DNA of 64,000 nt from Amoebophrya sp. A120. Lineage: Eukaryota > Protista > Dinoflagellata. Shown piece after piece: positions 38,630 through 52,400 of this stretch (within the stretch, counting starts at the first letter, position 1; each line of letters starts with the position of its first letter). The DNA lies in assembly GCA_905178155.1 (NCBI GenBank), contig CAJINV010000005.1, positions 6,495,507 through 6,559,506 of the forward strand, given 5' to 3'. A model generated the notes under the pieces. It did no database searches and was not told the origin of the DNA. It saw only the letters and a program-made list of their open reading frames with translations. The position numbers were made by a program, and so were the translations under genes.

Positions 38630-41600
38630 ATGACCTCCTCTTCCGAAGAATCTTCCGTGCCAAACCTGTCAGATTGGCACTCGACCTTCGTCCCCGTGTC
38701 TGATAAGGAACTTGAGCTACCACAGGAGACCAAACTGTTACAAGAGCGGAAAGACGCGGACGACGCGTTTCTGAAGAAACAGAAAGACGAGGATTGGCAG
38801 GAAAGCGAGCGGAAATTTGACAAGATGCAAAGTTGTGTTAGCAGCGGCTTGTCCCCAAGAAGTTCTCCGTTTGCTTTCGCCCCGCCGAAGAGGTCGATCA
38901 GCTTGCCAGAGAAGGTTTTGTCAGAGGAATGGGAAGACGAGGAGGAAGAGGAAGATGATGAGGAGGAGCTGAGCGCCGGGGGCGAGGATATTTACAACGA
39001 TGAGGTGGACGTTCAGCAAGACCTGCGGAACGAAAAATCTTCTGGTACAACAACATCCGAGGGTCAAAATCTCCAAGCCGCAAAGGTTGCTCGTCCACCC
39101 TCCTTCCGAATTTCCCAAACGGCTTGTGACGACGACGATATCAGTTTTACGCCGGCAGCGAGTACTAGTACTTCCGCTCAGAAGGGCGCGCGAAACACAC
39201 GAAAGATGAACGTGTTCGCCGCACAGCCGTTCACCCCGCTGCAAGGGCAAAACCAGCGATACGCCTTGAGCCAACGGAAGATCACGACGGAGTCGAGGCT
39301 GTTGCAGCACACCATGGCCTCGCAACAGCTCGGGACGGCCGAAGTAGAGTTTGCGACCGCGCGAGGACAAAGGGCTTTGATGCAGAAGCCAAAGAAGAAA
39401 AAGCCGCACAAATCATTCGAGATGTTTCTGCGCAAAGCCGAGGAGAAGCTCCTAGTCGACAGCCCGGCGGATCTGGATTTTATGTTGCAAAATGAGATGG
39501 AGCAGACGTATAGCAACCGTGGTAACTGTTCGGAGGATTCCTTTTACACGACCATGCAGAACGATAAGCATCAAGGGCCTTTGTTTGCCGGATTAGAGGA
39601 TCCGGGTCTTTATGAAGATTTCGATCTAGAGAACCCGGACGATGATCTGTACTTTCTCGGCGAGAACATAACCGTCCTGGACGGCGAGTCTTTAGACGGC
39701 GATGTGAATTTCCATTTTTACGAGAACGATCCGGCGACGTCGGACGTGAACAGCGCCGCGGCAGGGAACGATCAACTCGGGGCTGTTGCAGAGACTAGTG
39801 CATCAAGTCCTGCAGGCGACCAGAACATCAACGACCAAGTTCTTCAAAACGACCAATCTGTGCCTTCAAAGCAAGGTCCTCGCAACACGGCTGCCACGGG
39901 CGAGAAGATTGTCAAGATGAACACGGCTTCCACCGACGACATGTCGATTTTTCCGCTTGATAGTTCCTCCCTCGGAATCCTCACAAAGAGAAAGTGGAAC
40001 GCGATGGGGACGCCGACGGAGAAGAAGAAAGTCTTGACGAAATCGCAAGCGCGGGTCGGGAAATCAATCGAACGGACGAAGCAGTCGATATGCATTGCAA
40101 ATATGTCTGGGGCTGGAAAAATGCAACGTCTGTCATGCATATTTTGCATGACCAATGATGTCTGTGATGCATGCTCTAGCATCACAGATTTTGTAAATGC
40201 TTTTTGATGTTGCCAACACAGCATGAGTAGTATCACCCTCTTCGCGTAGCGAGAACTGGACCCCTTTTGCAGTTCACGCATTGCAGATTTCATGTAGAAT
40301 GCAAAGACAGCATCACAAGTTTCAATCTTCCAGACCCAGACATATTTGCATTTGATAGTCGAGGGGTCGGGATTACATCGATCCGGAATTTGATTTATCC
40401 TCCCTGAAAAAACCCCCGAAGAAAACCAAGCCGATTCAGAATCAAAATTTGCAGAAACGAAACGCGGTCCAGGAGATCCGGTTCAAGGAAATGGAGAAGC
40501 AGCAACACGCGTTGGCGGACAAGGATCTGCAGCAAATGTTAGACGCCCGGACAAACGCCACAGATTCGTTTTTACATTGCTTAAGCCGACATTTGCGCGA
40601 ATACACGAAACGAAAGCCGAACATGGTCAACGCGTGGCGGAAGTATCTCGACCAGTCTATCGTAAGGACCAATCCTTCCTCCCCATATTGACAGGGTAAG
40701 TCTTCGCAAATTTGTGTTGCTGATTTGTTACCACAAATCGTGCCTGTCTTGCAAGGAGGCAAGTCCACAGTCTCCACCGCATTACGCAGGCGGTTTGTCA
40801 TGCTGTTGGACCTGCAGAAAGGACGTTTTTCGTGGTAAGTGCCTAGGCCAAAACCTGCCTGCTCAGGCTTGGTCTGGGCCTGCAGTCCTCTGCAGCAAGA
40901 CGCATCTGATTCGTCTACGTAAATCCAGCATCAGAGACGTCGTTTTGATATGGGGAGGGGGGATTATTGCCTTTGATACAGTCCATGCGGGGGGTCATCG
41001 CCCGGTCGAAGTTTATGGAACTGTGCCAGGAGATATGACAGTGCACAACTCTCCCTCCCCCTCATTTGTCACGCAAAATATCCAATTCACCCTTTGCCTC
41101 TTGGCACTGTTTGCATGACAAGTTCTGGTAGCCCAAATAGCACTATACTCCAGTGCAAATTTGTTATGCAAAACCAGCATCCTTGCTGATGCCTGTATTG
41201 TCGTTCATGCTATACAAATGAGGGGGAGGAAGAATTGTGCACTGTCATAGGAGATCCAGGCGCCGGCTTCGGCGCAACTCTGGCCCAGCATGGCCGAGAA
41301 CAACCGGATGACGTTGTTGCATTTCTGCCCGTATGGATTGCAAATATGTCTGGGTCTGGAAGGTTTGTCATGCATATTTTGGATGACCCATGGCGCCTGT
41401 AATGCATGACCTAGCATCTGAGATTTTCAGAGGGCTTCCTCATGCCTATTTCGCATGAGACATGCCATTCCAGTGTATCACGAACTGGACTTCTCTTGCT
41501 GGTCATGCAATGCAGGTCTTTTTAGCATCCAAAAACAGCATCACAAATTCCATCCTTCCAGACCCAGCCATATTTGCATTTGATAGCCCGAACGAGGGGG

Positions 41601-44600
41601 CGATGCTATTCCGGTTGCGGCACTTTTTGGTCAGGTGTTTTGGGTCTCTGTACAACTGGTTCAAATCCTGTTTACTCATCATCCCGGGCAACAACGTCGT
41701 TTCGAACGAGTTGTTGGATAGCTTATCCCCATTGCGCATGTTCTCAAAAGAGTACAATGCGTCGGGGAAAACGTCCGAAGAGGAGGCTGTTTTGGAAAAA
41801 TTACAAATGCTGGAAGATATCGACGAAGACATTTTATTCGACTCCACCATCGCGGGCGAGGGGGATAAGGATAACCAGCCAAATCTGATTCCCGAGGGTA
41901 CGATCGGGTCCCACGTGGCCCAGAACGACGCGAATTCGTACACACTGTCCGCGTATCAACGGCAAATATGTCTGGGTCTGGAAACTTGTGATGCTGGGTG
42001 GCGTCTCATGATGAGGCCACAAGTGCTGGCTCAGCATGACAAGTTTCTGAGCTTCTAGGTGATGCCTATTCTGCATGACAAACTGCGTTTCTGCATGACA
42101 GAAGAACCAAAATGGAGCCCCGGCTCTTGGGTACTAACGTGCATGACAGATTGAAGAGTCATGCCAGACAAGCATGACAAACATGCATTCTTCCAGACCC
42201 AGACATTTTTGCACTTGATACCGCGACGAGCGATAAGAAAACTTTACTATCCCAAACGAGGAGGAAGCAGGCTTTTAAATTCCGCCAAATGCTCGAATCC
42301 CCGAAGATGACGCAAATGGAGTTTGAAGCCTGCTTGGAAGTGTTAGCCTACCCGGAAGATGCGAAGAAGGCCTGGGAGTTGTTGGTTTACCTAGACCAGG
42401 CGGAGTTAAGAGTGGAGGATCTCGTTTGGCTGGAGTTGAACTGGACGAGATGGGACGAATCGAAAATTATGGATAGTTCCCACGGGCAGGGTAGCGGCAT
42501 GCAATTTAACAGCGGGAAGGAGGGGCAGAAAACGTTCACGGAGTCGGTGACCAGTACTTTGACTTCGTTGGACGTGATCGACAGCGGGAAGCGGTCGTTG
42601 GAGAAGAGAAGGTTGCTGGACAATTTGACAACGCGGAATCAGTGGACCCGTTTGAAGGTATCAAATGTAAAAATGTCTGGGTCTGGAAGGATGCAAGGTT
42701 TGTCATGCTTGTCTGGCATGACAAAAAAGCTTGTGATGCGTGTCCAAGAAGAGACCCCTTTGCCTGTCGTGCAAAAACGCAGTTTCTCATGCGAGAAACG
42801 CAACACAAAGCAGCGCAGATATTTCTCATGCTTGGCTGTGCATGACAGAGCATTCACTATTCCCAACCGAGCATTACAAGTTTCCAGACCCGGACATTTT
42901 TGCAATTTATAGAAGGCGGTGTGTTTCAACTTGAACGACGGGCCGGAAACCATGGGGCTGATGCGACCGCAGGTCGAGGAGCAGTTGCATTCGAGGGTAT
43001 AATCGATACTGATAAATGAAGAATGTTTTGAAATTGAAATTGAAATTTTCCAGTTTTCGATATGACGCATAGCAAATCCAAATTTCAATCATCTCGGTGA
43101 TTTTGTCGTGCGAGTTGTTTCACTTTTGAGTCACTTTCTGTGATGCAAAAACGGCTTGAATCTTCATGCAGCGATCTTTCAAAACAGCTCAACCTTTACC
43201 TGGAGCAGTACGGTGGCGAGCATACCAAGCAGTGCCTCTACGCGCCGGAGAGGTTTTGGGGCCACCAGCTCGGGCGCGCGAAGGATGGGGGGCGGGCGAA
43301 TCTGACCCTGCAGGGCTACAACGCATCTTCTAATGCGGGGAGCAACCAGAAAAACGATAATAACAACAATTTTGACATCACCCACGACCCCCAGACGGGC
43401 AATGTCGTCATCCAGCAAAACGCGAACCCGCATTTTCTGAACAAATTATCCCCGTTTTTGAAGTTCCAAAAGCTCCACGCTTCTGTCGCGAACTTTAAAA
43501 CGGTATTAGTAGCGAGCTCCGTCCAGTCCACCCACGTGCCATCTGATACGAACCACTTTTCCGCGATGAAAAACCAGGCGTTGGAAGTACGGGCGCTGCA
43601 GATCGACGCTTCATATCAAATGTAAAAATGTCTGGGTCTGGAAGAATGCGCGATTTGTCATGCAGCTTTTCCATGACCCACGAGGTCTGGAATGCAGCAC
43701 CTAGCATGACAAATTCTGTGCGATCTCTCTCATGCCTATCCTGCATGACAAACTCCCTGCCGACTTGTGCAAAACTGGACGACCTTTGGTAATCCTGCAA
43801 CACAGATTTTTGTATGCTTGAGATTCAGCATGACAAGTTGCATTCTTCCAGACCCAGACATTTTTACAATCCATACTTCAGAAAAGAAACGGGAAGAATT
43901 GAAGCAGAGGTTGATTTTCAGCTTCCGATCTTCTTTAACGAAGTTCCATTTGACCATTTATGGTTTGAAAATTTGGCGGTTCACGATGGACCCGATGGAC
44001 CGGGGCTGTATTGGGTTGACCACGATCATGGCGTTCTGTCGGGAAATGTCTTGGACGGGGTCGAGGGTGTTGTTGTGGGAGAAACTGTATGAATTGCAAA
44101 AATGTCTGTGCCTGGAAGATTGCAACTTGTCATGGTAAATCTGAAGCATGCAAAAATCTGTGTTGCATGAGTGCCAAAAGCTGTCCACTTTTGACCAAGT
44201 TGGAACAGAGTTTCTCATGCAGAATAGGCATGGCAGAGACCTCGCAGAGTCTGTCATGCTAAGTCGCGAATTCCAGACCTCATGGGCCATGGAAAATCTG
44301 CATGACAAGTCTACGCTCTTCCAGACCCAGACACTTTTGCACTTGATAAGCTGTCCAACAAGCAACCGGCGAGCGGTTTCATCGTCGCGGAGGATTTGTG
44401 GCCGAACCAGGTGAAGAGATTGCGGGTTTTGCGGAAAGAGCTGTTCAAACTGATGGAAACTTCCATCCCCTCCATCGCGGTCGAACACAGTAACCAGTAC
44501 AACATCAAAGTCCGGTCTTCTTCGAACAGCAGAAACGGTACTAGTCGTTATCAGCAGCAGCAAGACGACTTCGCGAAGAACCAGTGCTATGCATTGCAAG

Positions 44601-47600
44601 AGCATCGTACTCGTATAAATGCATTACAAATTAGCCGAGCATTAGAAATTGAATTTGTATTGCTGATTTACCTTGAGAAAGAGATTTGTAATGCATAAAT
44701 GCAATTACTACGAGTGCGATACTTTTGCACAGGATAAATGCCATGAAAACGCGATGGAGATCTACAACTTGATGGACCCAAACCAGGCGGGCTACATCAC
44801 CCGCGCGAGTTTTTTGGCGTTTGGGAGGAAGTATCTGCCGTTTTTGGAGAACGAGTTGATCAAGTTCATGCGGCAAATTACCGTCGGGGAACACCAGGTC
44901 CGGTTGTTTTTCGAGGACGTGTACTACTTACTGTACGGGAAATGGAATATCACACGGGAAGAAGTGATGGACGTGAATTTTAACGTGCCGATTGGGATGC
45001 CAGACCCGCGGCCGTGGGAGGACCGGTACTGGCGAAAGGATGTGATCGAACACGAAGCGAAATTGAAGCAAATGTCCGGCGATAAGCCGATCGAATCCGT
45101 GCAGGAGTTGGTTCACGATCCGAAAATCAGGACCACAACCCAATGGACGAAGGTCAACGTGGCGAGACTGAAACAACTGGCCTTCGCGGTGAGAAAGGAT
45201 GAGGAGGAGCGGGAATTCTTCAAAAAGCACCCCAACGGCAAGTTGCCAGGGCAACAAAACGATGAAAATGAAGACGAAGACGGGAATACGACGAGTGGAA
45301 GACGGCCGTTTATCAAGGTCGACATTCGCCCGGAGCAAGATCCGGAGGGGTACGTCAGACGGTTCGCGGCGCTGAATTACGACCGAAAATCTTTATTCAA
45401 CCGGGCGAACCAGTGCGGGTTCGCGCCGGGGAGATTGTCCGCGTTGGCGAAAAGAGCGGCGATGCGGGAACCTCTGTGGTCGTTGGGGGCCGGGCAGATG
45501 CGGAGAATGACGTGCAAGCACGTGTTGGAGCATTCGCTCGCCGCGGCGGCGCAAAAGAAGAACGATATGCATCGCAAATATGTCTGGGTCTGGAAGGTGG
45601 TAACTTGTGATGCTGTCTTTGGATTCCAAAAAAATCAGTATTGCATGACTAGCAAGAGGGGCCCGCTTTGTGTTACACAGGGAGGGCGTTTCTCATGCGG
45701 AATAAGCATCAGGAAGGGTTCTAAAAATCTGTGATGCTAGGGCGTGCATTACAGGCGTCATGGGTCATGCACGATATGCATGACAAGCACAAGCCTGCCA
45801 CTCTTCCAGACATCCAGGGATATTTGCAGTTGATAAACGAGTACCAATTACGGTACATGGGGACTTTGGGGAAGTCGCAGTCGGCCGGGAATTTGGGAAG
45901 TGGGTCTCGCGAACAGCCTTCTGGACAGACGAATTCCACCAGTAAACTCTCCATCTCCAGTTCGAAACAGTCCCGACTCACCGACCGATCAATCGAACAC
46001 GCCGTTATCCGCCAGCAGCCGCCGAAAACCAATTTCTCGCCGACCGAGCGCAAACTCGCGCGGCTCCAGTCCCTTGCGGGGAAGCAGTATCAAATGGAAG
46101 AATATCTGGGTCTGGAAGAATGCAACTTGTGATGCTGCATTAGGATTCCAAAAAAATCTGTATTGCATGAGTAAGAAAGGGAGTGCAATTTTTGCTACGT
46201 TGAGAAGGCATAATTTGTCATGCGGAATAGGCATCTGGAAGCCTTCAAAAAATCTGTATTGCTAGGGTATGCATCACAGACATCATGGCTCATGGAAAAC
46301 GTGCATGACAAATCTCGCATTCCGCCAGACCCAGACATTTTTACATTTGATAAGCAGCTGCGGAAGCAGGCCCGGGAGGAGCAGGGCCGGCAGAAGCAGG
46401 CCGAACAGCTATCGAAAGGAAAAATCCCCCCTCCCCGTATCGAAAACGAAATTCGTGATGCTGTATTTGAGGTCACAAATCGATTTGTATTGCTAGAAGG
46501 CCAAGAGACGCAGTTGTGGCCTGAATTGCAGGCAATTTGTCATGCTGTTTCCAACTTTTAGTTGTTTTCTGTTATGTTGAAGACGCAAAGGTTTATTCCC
46601 ACGCCACCCAGCCCTACAGTCCGCATCTTTTCCCGTGTAGCATGACAAAGCTGATTTGTGACAACAAATCTGCATCACAGATTTCCGTTTTGATATGGGG
46701 AGGGGGGATTTTTCCTTTTGATAACAGCGGGCGCAGGAAAATCTCGACAACATGAGCTTTCACGCGAGTTTCCGGGGGTCGAAACTGGTGTTGGTGGATG
46801 ACGGGCAGATGCAGGCGGCCATGAAGTCGATGGCTGGTCCCGCTGCTCTTGGGGAGAATGAGAACGCCGGAACGGCGGGTGTACTAGCCGGCGCGACAGC
46901 TGCTGGAAAGAGCATGAAGCTCCCAGCAGGAGGAGCCGCGCCAGGGGGCCTCGGTCAGAAGAGTATGATGAACAGCCCCAACATGATGATGGTATCTACC
47001 GCGGCAAACAACAATAAAACCACGGGTGCGATCGATTTCGACCAGCTGGCGAAGTCCGATTTCGTCACGGACAGCAACGGCTTTTCCGGAAACGAAAACG
47101 CCATCGTCATCGAACGGGCGAACGTGAAGTCCACAAAGCAGCAGCAGAAGTCGAAGCAGGCCAACAAGACGATTCTGATCCACAAGGTGCAACAGCAGGT
47201 GCTGGATAAAAAACGTTTTTTGGAATCGGCGAAGCGGGCGATTCTGGACCGCCAGAAATTCATGGAAAAACTCGCGAAATCTGTGCGGTTCTCCGGGGAA
47301 TCTAGTGGTACGAAAACGCCAGGGAGTAAAGACAGTGCTGACAATGATCCACTATTAAAGGAGCACTACAAGGATCACGACTGGTTTGACGATCACTCGA
47401 GTTCCATGAAAAATTTCTACCCCGGCCAGAAACCCCCCTCGAATTTACTCCCCACCCCGGACTTGAAAACGGGCCACTTGGCGAACCTGCCGGAGACGCT
47501 GGGGCTGAAATCCGCGATGAAAAATAATAAGAAAGGGGGCGGACAACAGGAACAACAGGCCGTGAACAAACAAGGCAATAAGAAACTGAAGAAAGCCACC

Positions 47601-48357
47601 GCGGTGGTGACCTCCGCGAACACTTTTCAATCCTTGCAGGCGAAAACCTATCCTGTGCAAAAGCATCGTGCTCGTATTGCAATCATGCATTACAAATTTT
47701 TTTCTCAAGGTAAATCCGCACTACAAATTTTATTTCTCATGCTGAGGGAATTTGTCATGCATTTATACGAGTGCGATACTTATGCATTTCATAAAACCGT
47801 GCGGCCTGGGACGCTCAACCAAGACAGCAGTAGCAACGCGAGCGGGACTAACATGAATAATCTGTCAGCGGAGGTCCGAGCTATGGAACTCCTCGACGAG
47901 TATGAGAATTTCTCGGGGAAAACCATCGGAGATGCGGGGAATGGCAGCATGGAGACGATCTTGTATCCTGTGTAAAAACTTTCCCACCCCAGGGTTGTCA
48001 TGGAAATCTGCATGCTGAAAATGTTTCTCCATGCGGAGCTGCACCATGAGAAGCATTTTCGATTCGTGTTTTGGAATTTGTCATGCTCCAATGAGCACGA
48101 TATACTAGATCTGTGACGCTGCTGAGCTAGCTCAAACAGCACTACACTACGATTCCAAATTTGTCATGCAAAACAGCCGAGACTTGTGGTCTTGTCTAGC
48201 CGAGTCCCCATCTTCTTGACTATGGGGTGGGGACGTTTTTACATAGGATATCTTGTCCTCCAATATATCGGCGAATAAAACGTCGCAAAGAATAGGCGAG
48301 CAGACGAATGATGTTAACAACTCGGGGGAGGATTCGTCGGACCATTTTGGATTGTAG
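38630..48357 (+). CDS. Large protein with degenerate EF-hand-like repeats, ~1977 aa
   Basis: Exons 38630..40088, 40363..40657, 40984..41033, 41255..41331, 41591..41953, 42226..42658, 42917..42996, 43188..43613, 43881..44087, 44354..44587, 44742..45565, 45841..46087, 46358..46409, 46729..47648, 47799..47963, 48256..48357 (5934 nt). Motifs AWRKYLDQS|MRGVIARSKF, WRFTMDPMDRGCI, YNLMDPNQAGYITRASF. 14 introners and one GT-AG intron (42997-43187). Confidence 0.8.
40089..40357. mobile_element. Introner family A
   Basis: Family A TIR; TSD gtcga/gtcga. Confidence 0.93.
40658..40978. mobile_element. Introner family E
   Basis: TATC..AATCCTTCCTCCCCATAT / ATATGGGGAGGGGGGATT..GATA; TSD cagtc/cagtc. Confidence 0.9.
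41034..41249. mobile_element. Introner family F
   Basis: ~36-bp TIR TATGACAGTGCACAA..TCCCCCTCATTTGT; TSD ggaga/ggaga. Confidence 0.93.
41332..41585. mobile_element. Introner family A
   Basis: Family A TIR; TSD gcccg/gcccg. Confidence 0.92.
41954..42220. mobile_element. Introner family A
   Basis: Family A TIR; TSD ccgcg/ccgcg. Confidence 0.93.
42659..42911. mobile_element. Introner family A
   Basis: Family A TIR; TSD gaagg/gaagg (GT-AG readable). Confidence 0.92.
43614..43875. mobile_element. Introner family A
   Basis: Family A TIR; TSD cttca/cttca. Confidence 0.93.
44088..44348. mobile_element. Introner family A (reverse complement of 43614 type)
   Basis: Family A TIR; TSD aactg/agctg. 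Confidence 0.92.
44588..44736. mobile_element. Introner family B
   Basis: TATGCATTGC...ACTTTTGCACAGGATA; TSD agtgc/aatgc. Confidence 0.9.
45566..45835. mobile_element. Introner family A
   Basis: Family A TIR; TSD aacga/aacga. Confidence 0.92.
46088..46352. mobile_element. Introner family A
   Basis: Family A TIR; TSD agcag/agcag. Confidence 0.92.
46410..46723. mobile_element. Introner family E
   Basis: TIR TATCGAAAGGAAAAATCCCCCCTCCCCGTATC; TSD acagc/acagc. Confidence 0.93.
47649..47793. mobile_element. Introner family B (in frame, no stop)
   Basis: TATCCTGTGCAAAAG...GCATTTCATA; TSD aaacc/aaacc. Confidence 0.9.
47964..48250. mobile_element. Introner family C
   Basis: Family C TIR; TSD tcttg/tcttg. 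Confidence 0.93.
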
Positions 48358-49432
48358 AGGGTTGATGATTTTTTGAAGTATCCTCGTTCGATGCAGGGAA
48401 CTTTGTTCTGTCTGGTCGGGCAGTGTCGGCAGGACACTAGCCTTGTCAATCCACATCATACTGGTGGTTTGTGGCTATTTCCTCATCTTCTACATATAGT
48501 TTTTTAATCGTACTAAGCTACCCGTGCCATAATTGTTTTTTTGCTTTGTGTAACAAATTCAATTTTTTAGCTGTTTGCGTTTCATCTGTCAGTATCCCTG
48601 ACAGAAGAAGCTGCCACAGCTCATTATGCGTGCAGGTTTCGACACTCTTTTGATAATCTTTTGATGAAAACCCCCCCACGTTTTCGTATCTATTGTGCAA
48701 AGTTCATTGTTTTGCCTTTGTCGGAAAATTCGCAAATGAGAGTGGCGTATCAAGTGGTGCTGTGGTGCTGAAAACTCCTACCGCGACGAGCAGCGGTTAC
48801 CAGCTGTTCGAAAAAGATGAAGATCAAACAAAATTGCTACGCTGTTCTGCGGTGGAAGTGAGGTCTGTACTTGGGATCAGTCTTGCTGAAGATATTGGGA
48901 AAAGACTAGTAACTGCAAAGTGGCCAGATTTATTTCCCGATTCTTTTGAAGAGCGGAATGAAACGGATCATGATGATCATCTTTGAGATGGCGCTACATA
49001 ATGTGATTTTTTTTGTCAAAGATGGTTCAAATTTGGCATGAACGCCTGCTGTCGTTACAAATTTTCAGTTGTTCAAGGGGGTGTTGTGAAACAGTCCTAG
49101 ATCGACACGCGTTGAGCACATATTGAACGCCGCATTTTTTAGGTGTGCGTATTTTGAAGATCGTCCCGTATTTTTGTAGTTGGAGATTATATATAATTCC
49201 CTTGAAAGTAGTAGCCCACAACTTTTTCATCTAGGAAGTCATGAAAGCCCCGCACGACTCCATAGCCCCACCTTCACCTTTTTATGGCTAATCCACGGCT
49301 TTCATCTCACGACCATGAAAATGGAAAAGTGTCCTTAATATATCGAATAACCCCCCGTCCGCGCCGCCGTCCCCGTGGACTTCGGCCGTGAGAAAATAAA
49401 TTGTCGGACTGTATTTTGAACATTATCCGAAC

Positions 49433-52400
49433 ATGTTTTTCGCGAATTCTCGGTTCCGCTTCCGGATCCTGGTCCGGTCCATCACGATCAGCTCTGGGCT
49501 CTATCTGGTCTGGTTTATCATCCAGGTCTATGCATTGCAAAAGCATCGTTTTTTACTAGTATAAATTGCATGACAAATTTGTTCAGAAACAAGAATGCAG
49601 TGTGTAATGCTGTTTTTGCTCAAGCCACAGATCTGTCATGCATAACTGCAATTACTACGAGTTTTCGATGTTTTTGCACAGGATAAGGTCTACGTCGGCG
49701 GCCAGGAGGCGGTCAAGGAAATCTCGTCCCGGTTGCAACTGGTCACCACACACTATCCTGTGTAAAAACGTACCCGCACCAGAGTCAGGATGAGGATTTT
49801 GCAACACAAACCTAGGAGTTTTGTGAGTCACGCATGACAAGTTGCACTATGCAGTGTAGTGCAGGTTAGCTAGTGCAGCCGCATCACAGATTGATCTGCT
49901 CATCCTGTTCACAGCATCCCTATGCCGCTCCGGCCCCTGCGGAGGCTTGCCTCTCCAGCTACGCCGGACAATGGCAATGTCGGCGCGGTTGTTTTAGCAT
50001 CACAAATTCCAAAACACGACTGGAGATGGCTCTCATGGGGATGCGCGTTGCAAGTCGTCCTGTCTTTGCAAATCTGCATTACAACTCTGGTGTATGTTTT
50101 TCGCTGTCCGCCTGACCTACCCCCCCTGCGTGTCAAGCCATCTGCGGCCTGGGGCAGAGGGGGGGGCAAAGTGTGCTGCAATTCCTTTAGCATTACAACT
50201 CTGGTGTGGGTACGTTTTTACTCAGGATACACACTTGACGGAGTTCACGAACAAGCAGTACGTAGCTGTCCTCGCGTTCTATCAAATACAAATATGTCTG
50301 GGTCTGGAAACTTGTAATGCTAAAAGTGAATCATGATAGACGTACTGCAATACGCAGCTATGCATAACAAATTTTTTGGCTGCCATGTCTTACGTATTCC
50401 GCATGGCAAACTGCGTTTTTGCGTGACAGGTAAGAGAGCCTTTTCGTGCCTATGCAACACAGATTCTCGAGTCATGCCAGACAAGCATGACAAACTTGCA
50501 TCCTTCCAGACCCAGACATTTTTGCATTTGATACTTTCACCGAGCTAGCCAAAGCGCTCTCGAAGCTCCTGCTCCCCTTCGTGTTCGATCTGGTCTTGGT
50601 CGGGACCAAGATCTGGACGGAATTGCTTCCCCGGGAGGTATATGAACTGCAAAAGTATCGTACTCGTATAAATGCATTACAAATTTCCTCAGCGTGAGAG
50701 ATAAAATTTGCAATGCGGGTTGACCTTAAGAAAAGGACTTGTAATGCATGATTGCAATACGAGTACTTTTGCACAGGATAAGGTAAAATACGCCTCGATC
50801 ATCGGCTCCGTGGTGCTCTACGCGCTGTACAGCTTCCGCTGGGCCTATGCAAGGAAAAAACTGTGCAAGTGTAAGTTTGTGTTGCGGATGTATGTAAAAC
50901 AATCACTACTTGTCATGCTGGGTGTGCGTCACAAGCTCAGACCTTACGTGTTTTCAACACGTACTAAGTGCGCATGACAGATTTTTTCTGTCATGCAAAG
51001 CGAATTTGTGATGCTACTCATCCTACAAAGTTACACTTACTCACTTTTTTTCCTGGATAGGGCCCGGCACGTGGCGTTTCTGCCGACCGCCGTCGGGTTG
51101 TACGTGTTGTCTGAGCAGATGCAGCTCTATAACCCGCTCAGGTGTTACAATCTCAAGCGTTACAATAGAGTATGGAAATCTGTGATGCAAGACTACATGA
51201 TCTAGCCAACTCTCATAGGATTGCGCATGACAAGTTCCGGAGCCTCAAACCCAAGTACAAACTGGCGAAATTTGTATTGCAGAAAGTGAAACGCTCTTCG
51301 AGTCTGTCATGCTCAGCATGCAAGACAAATTGTCACGTTTGAGATTGTAACACCTGAGCGGGTTATAAGCTCCAAGACGACTTTCTGATTCAGTATTTGA
51401 TCCCCTGTCTTTCCGTCTACTACCCGGTGCTCGAGTCCTTTAGCAAAGTGAAAAAAGCCCCCACCCCAGATTCAAAACACGATTTGTGTTGCTGGATTTG
51501 TGTACACACATGAGTTTTGTATTGCAGCAAGAGCTTGTCTGTATATTCTAAGCCCATTTGGGTACGCACCTGGCTAGCAGCTGAGCACGAGAAACAAGTC
51601 TCACATAGGGTAGGCGAAAACGCATGACAGACTCGCTGCGCAATGCGCTATATGGATGCCTTTTGCCTCGTACGCAAGACAAAGCCGATTTTTGGTCACA
51701 AATCAGCATCACAAATTTCCTTTTCGATATGGGGAGGGGGGATCTTTCCTTACGATGTCCGTACGCGCCTTCACGAGCAAGAGGAATTCCCTCTGCGCGG
51801 CCTGGCTGCACTACTGGAGTCTGTGTCCCCTGACCGTGTTCGGAATCGCAACATGGCGCCAGCATCTCATCAAGCACCTGCAGCAAATAACAGTGGGGAC
51901 AGCTGCCGAGAGGGCGTCGAGGAGCGGGTCAGCAGTCAGTCCTACCATTGGGTCCTCGTCGTCGTCGCAAACGCTGCTCCACCAGTCGCTGAAGCCGATA
52001 ACGCTGATTCTAATCTACCTGGTCTTCTGGCAGGGGTCCGACTACGCGTTTTACCTCTTGCAGGACTTGCTGAAGAGGGTCAGCGGGCTACTGCTCCGGT
52101 TCGATCTCTTTAAGTGGATCAAATATGCATTGCAGAAGTAGATGATCGTACTAGTGGTTCTATTGCATTGCAAGTTTTTCTTTTTGATGAAAATGAAAGA
52201 GCAAATAATGACTCGGAACCTGGAAGAGAATTCGTAAGCTCTTGGAACGCAGCACATAGAAAAGACACTTGTGTTGAAAGATATCCTGTATTATTATGGC
52301 AATGATTTCTTCATCTGCGAGTACGATGTTTTATTTCCGCAGCATAGCAAACGAAAGGTCGCGCTAGTCGTGTCGAAGCTGTACGCTTTCGTCTCCAGTA

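Noticed and set aside
4767-50785. Enrichment of GT-AG-compatible TSDs (5 of 52)
   Set aside because: About 2 are expected by chance with equal base frequencies; the sample is too small to claim selection.
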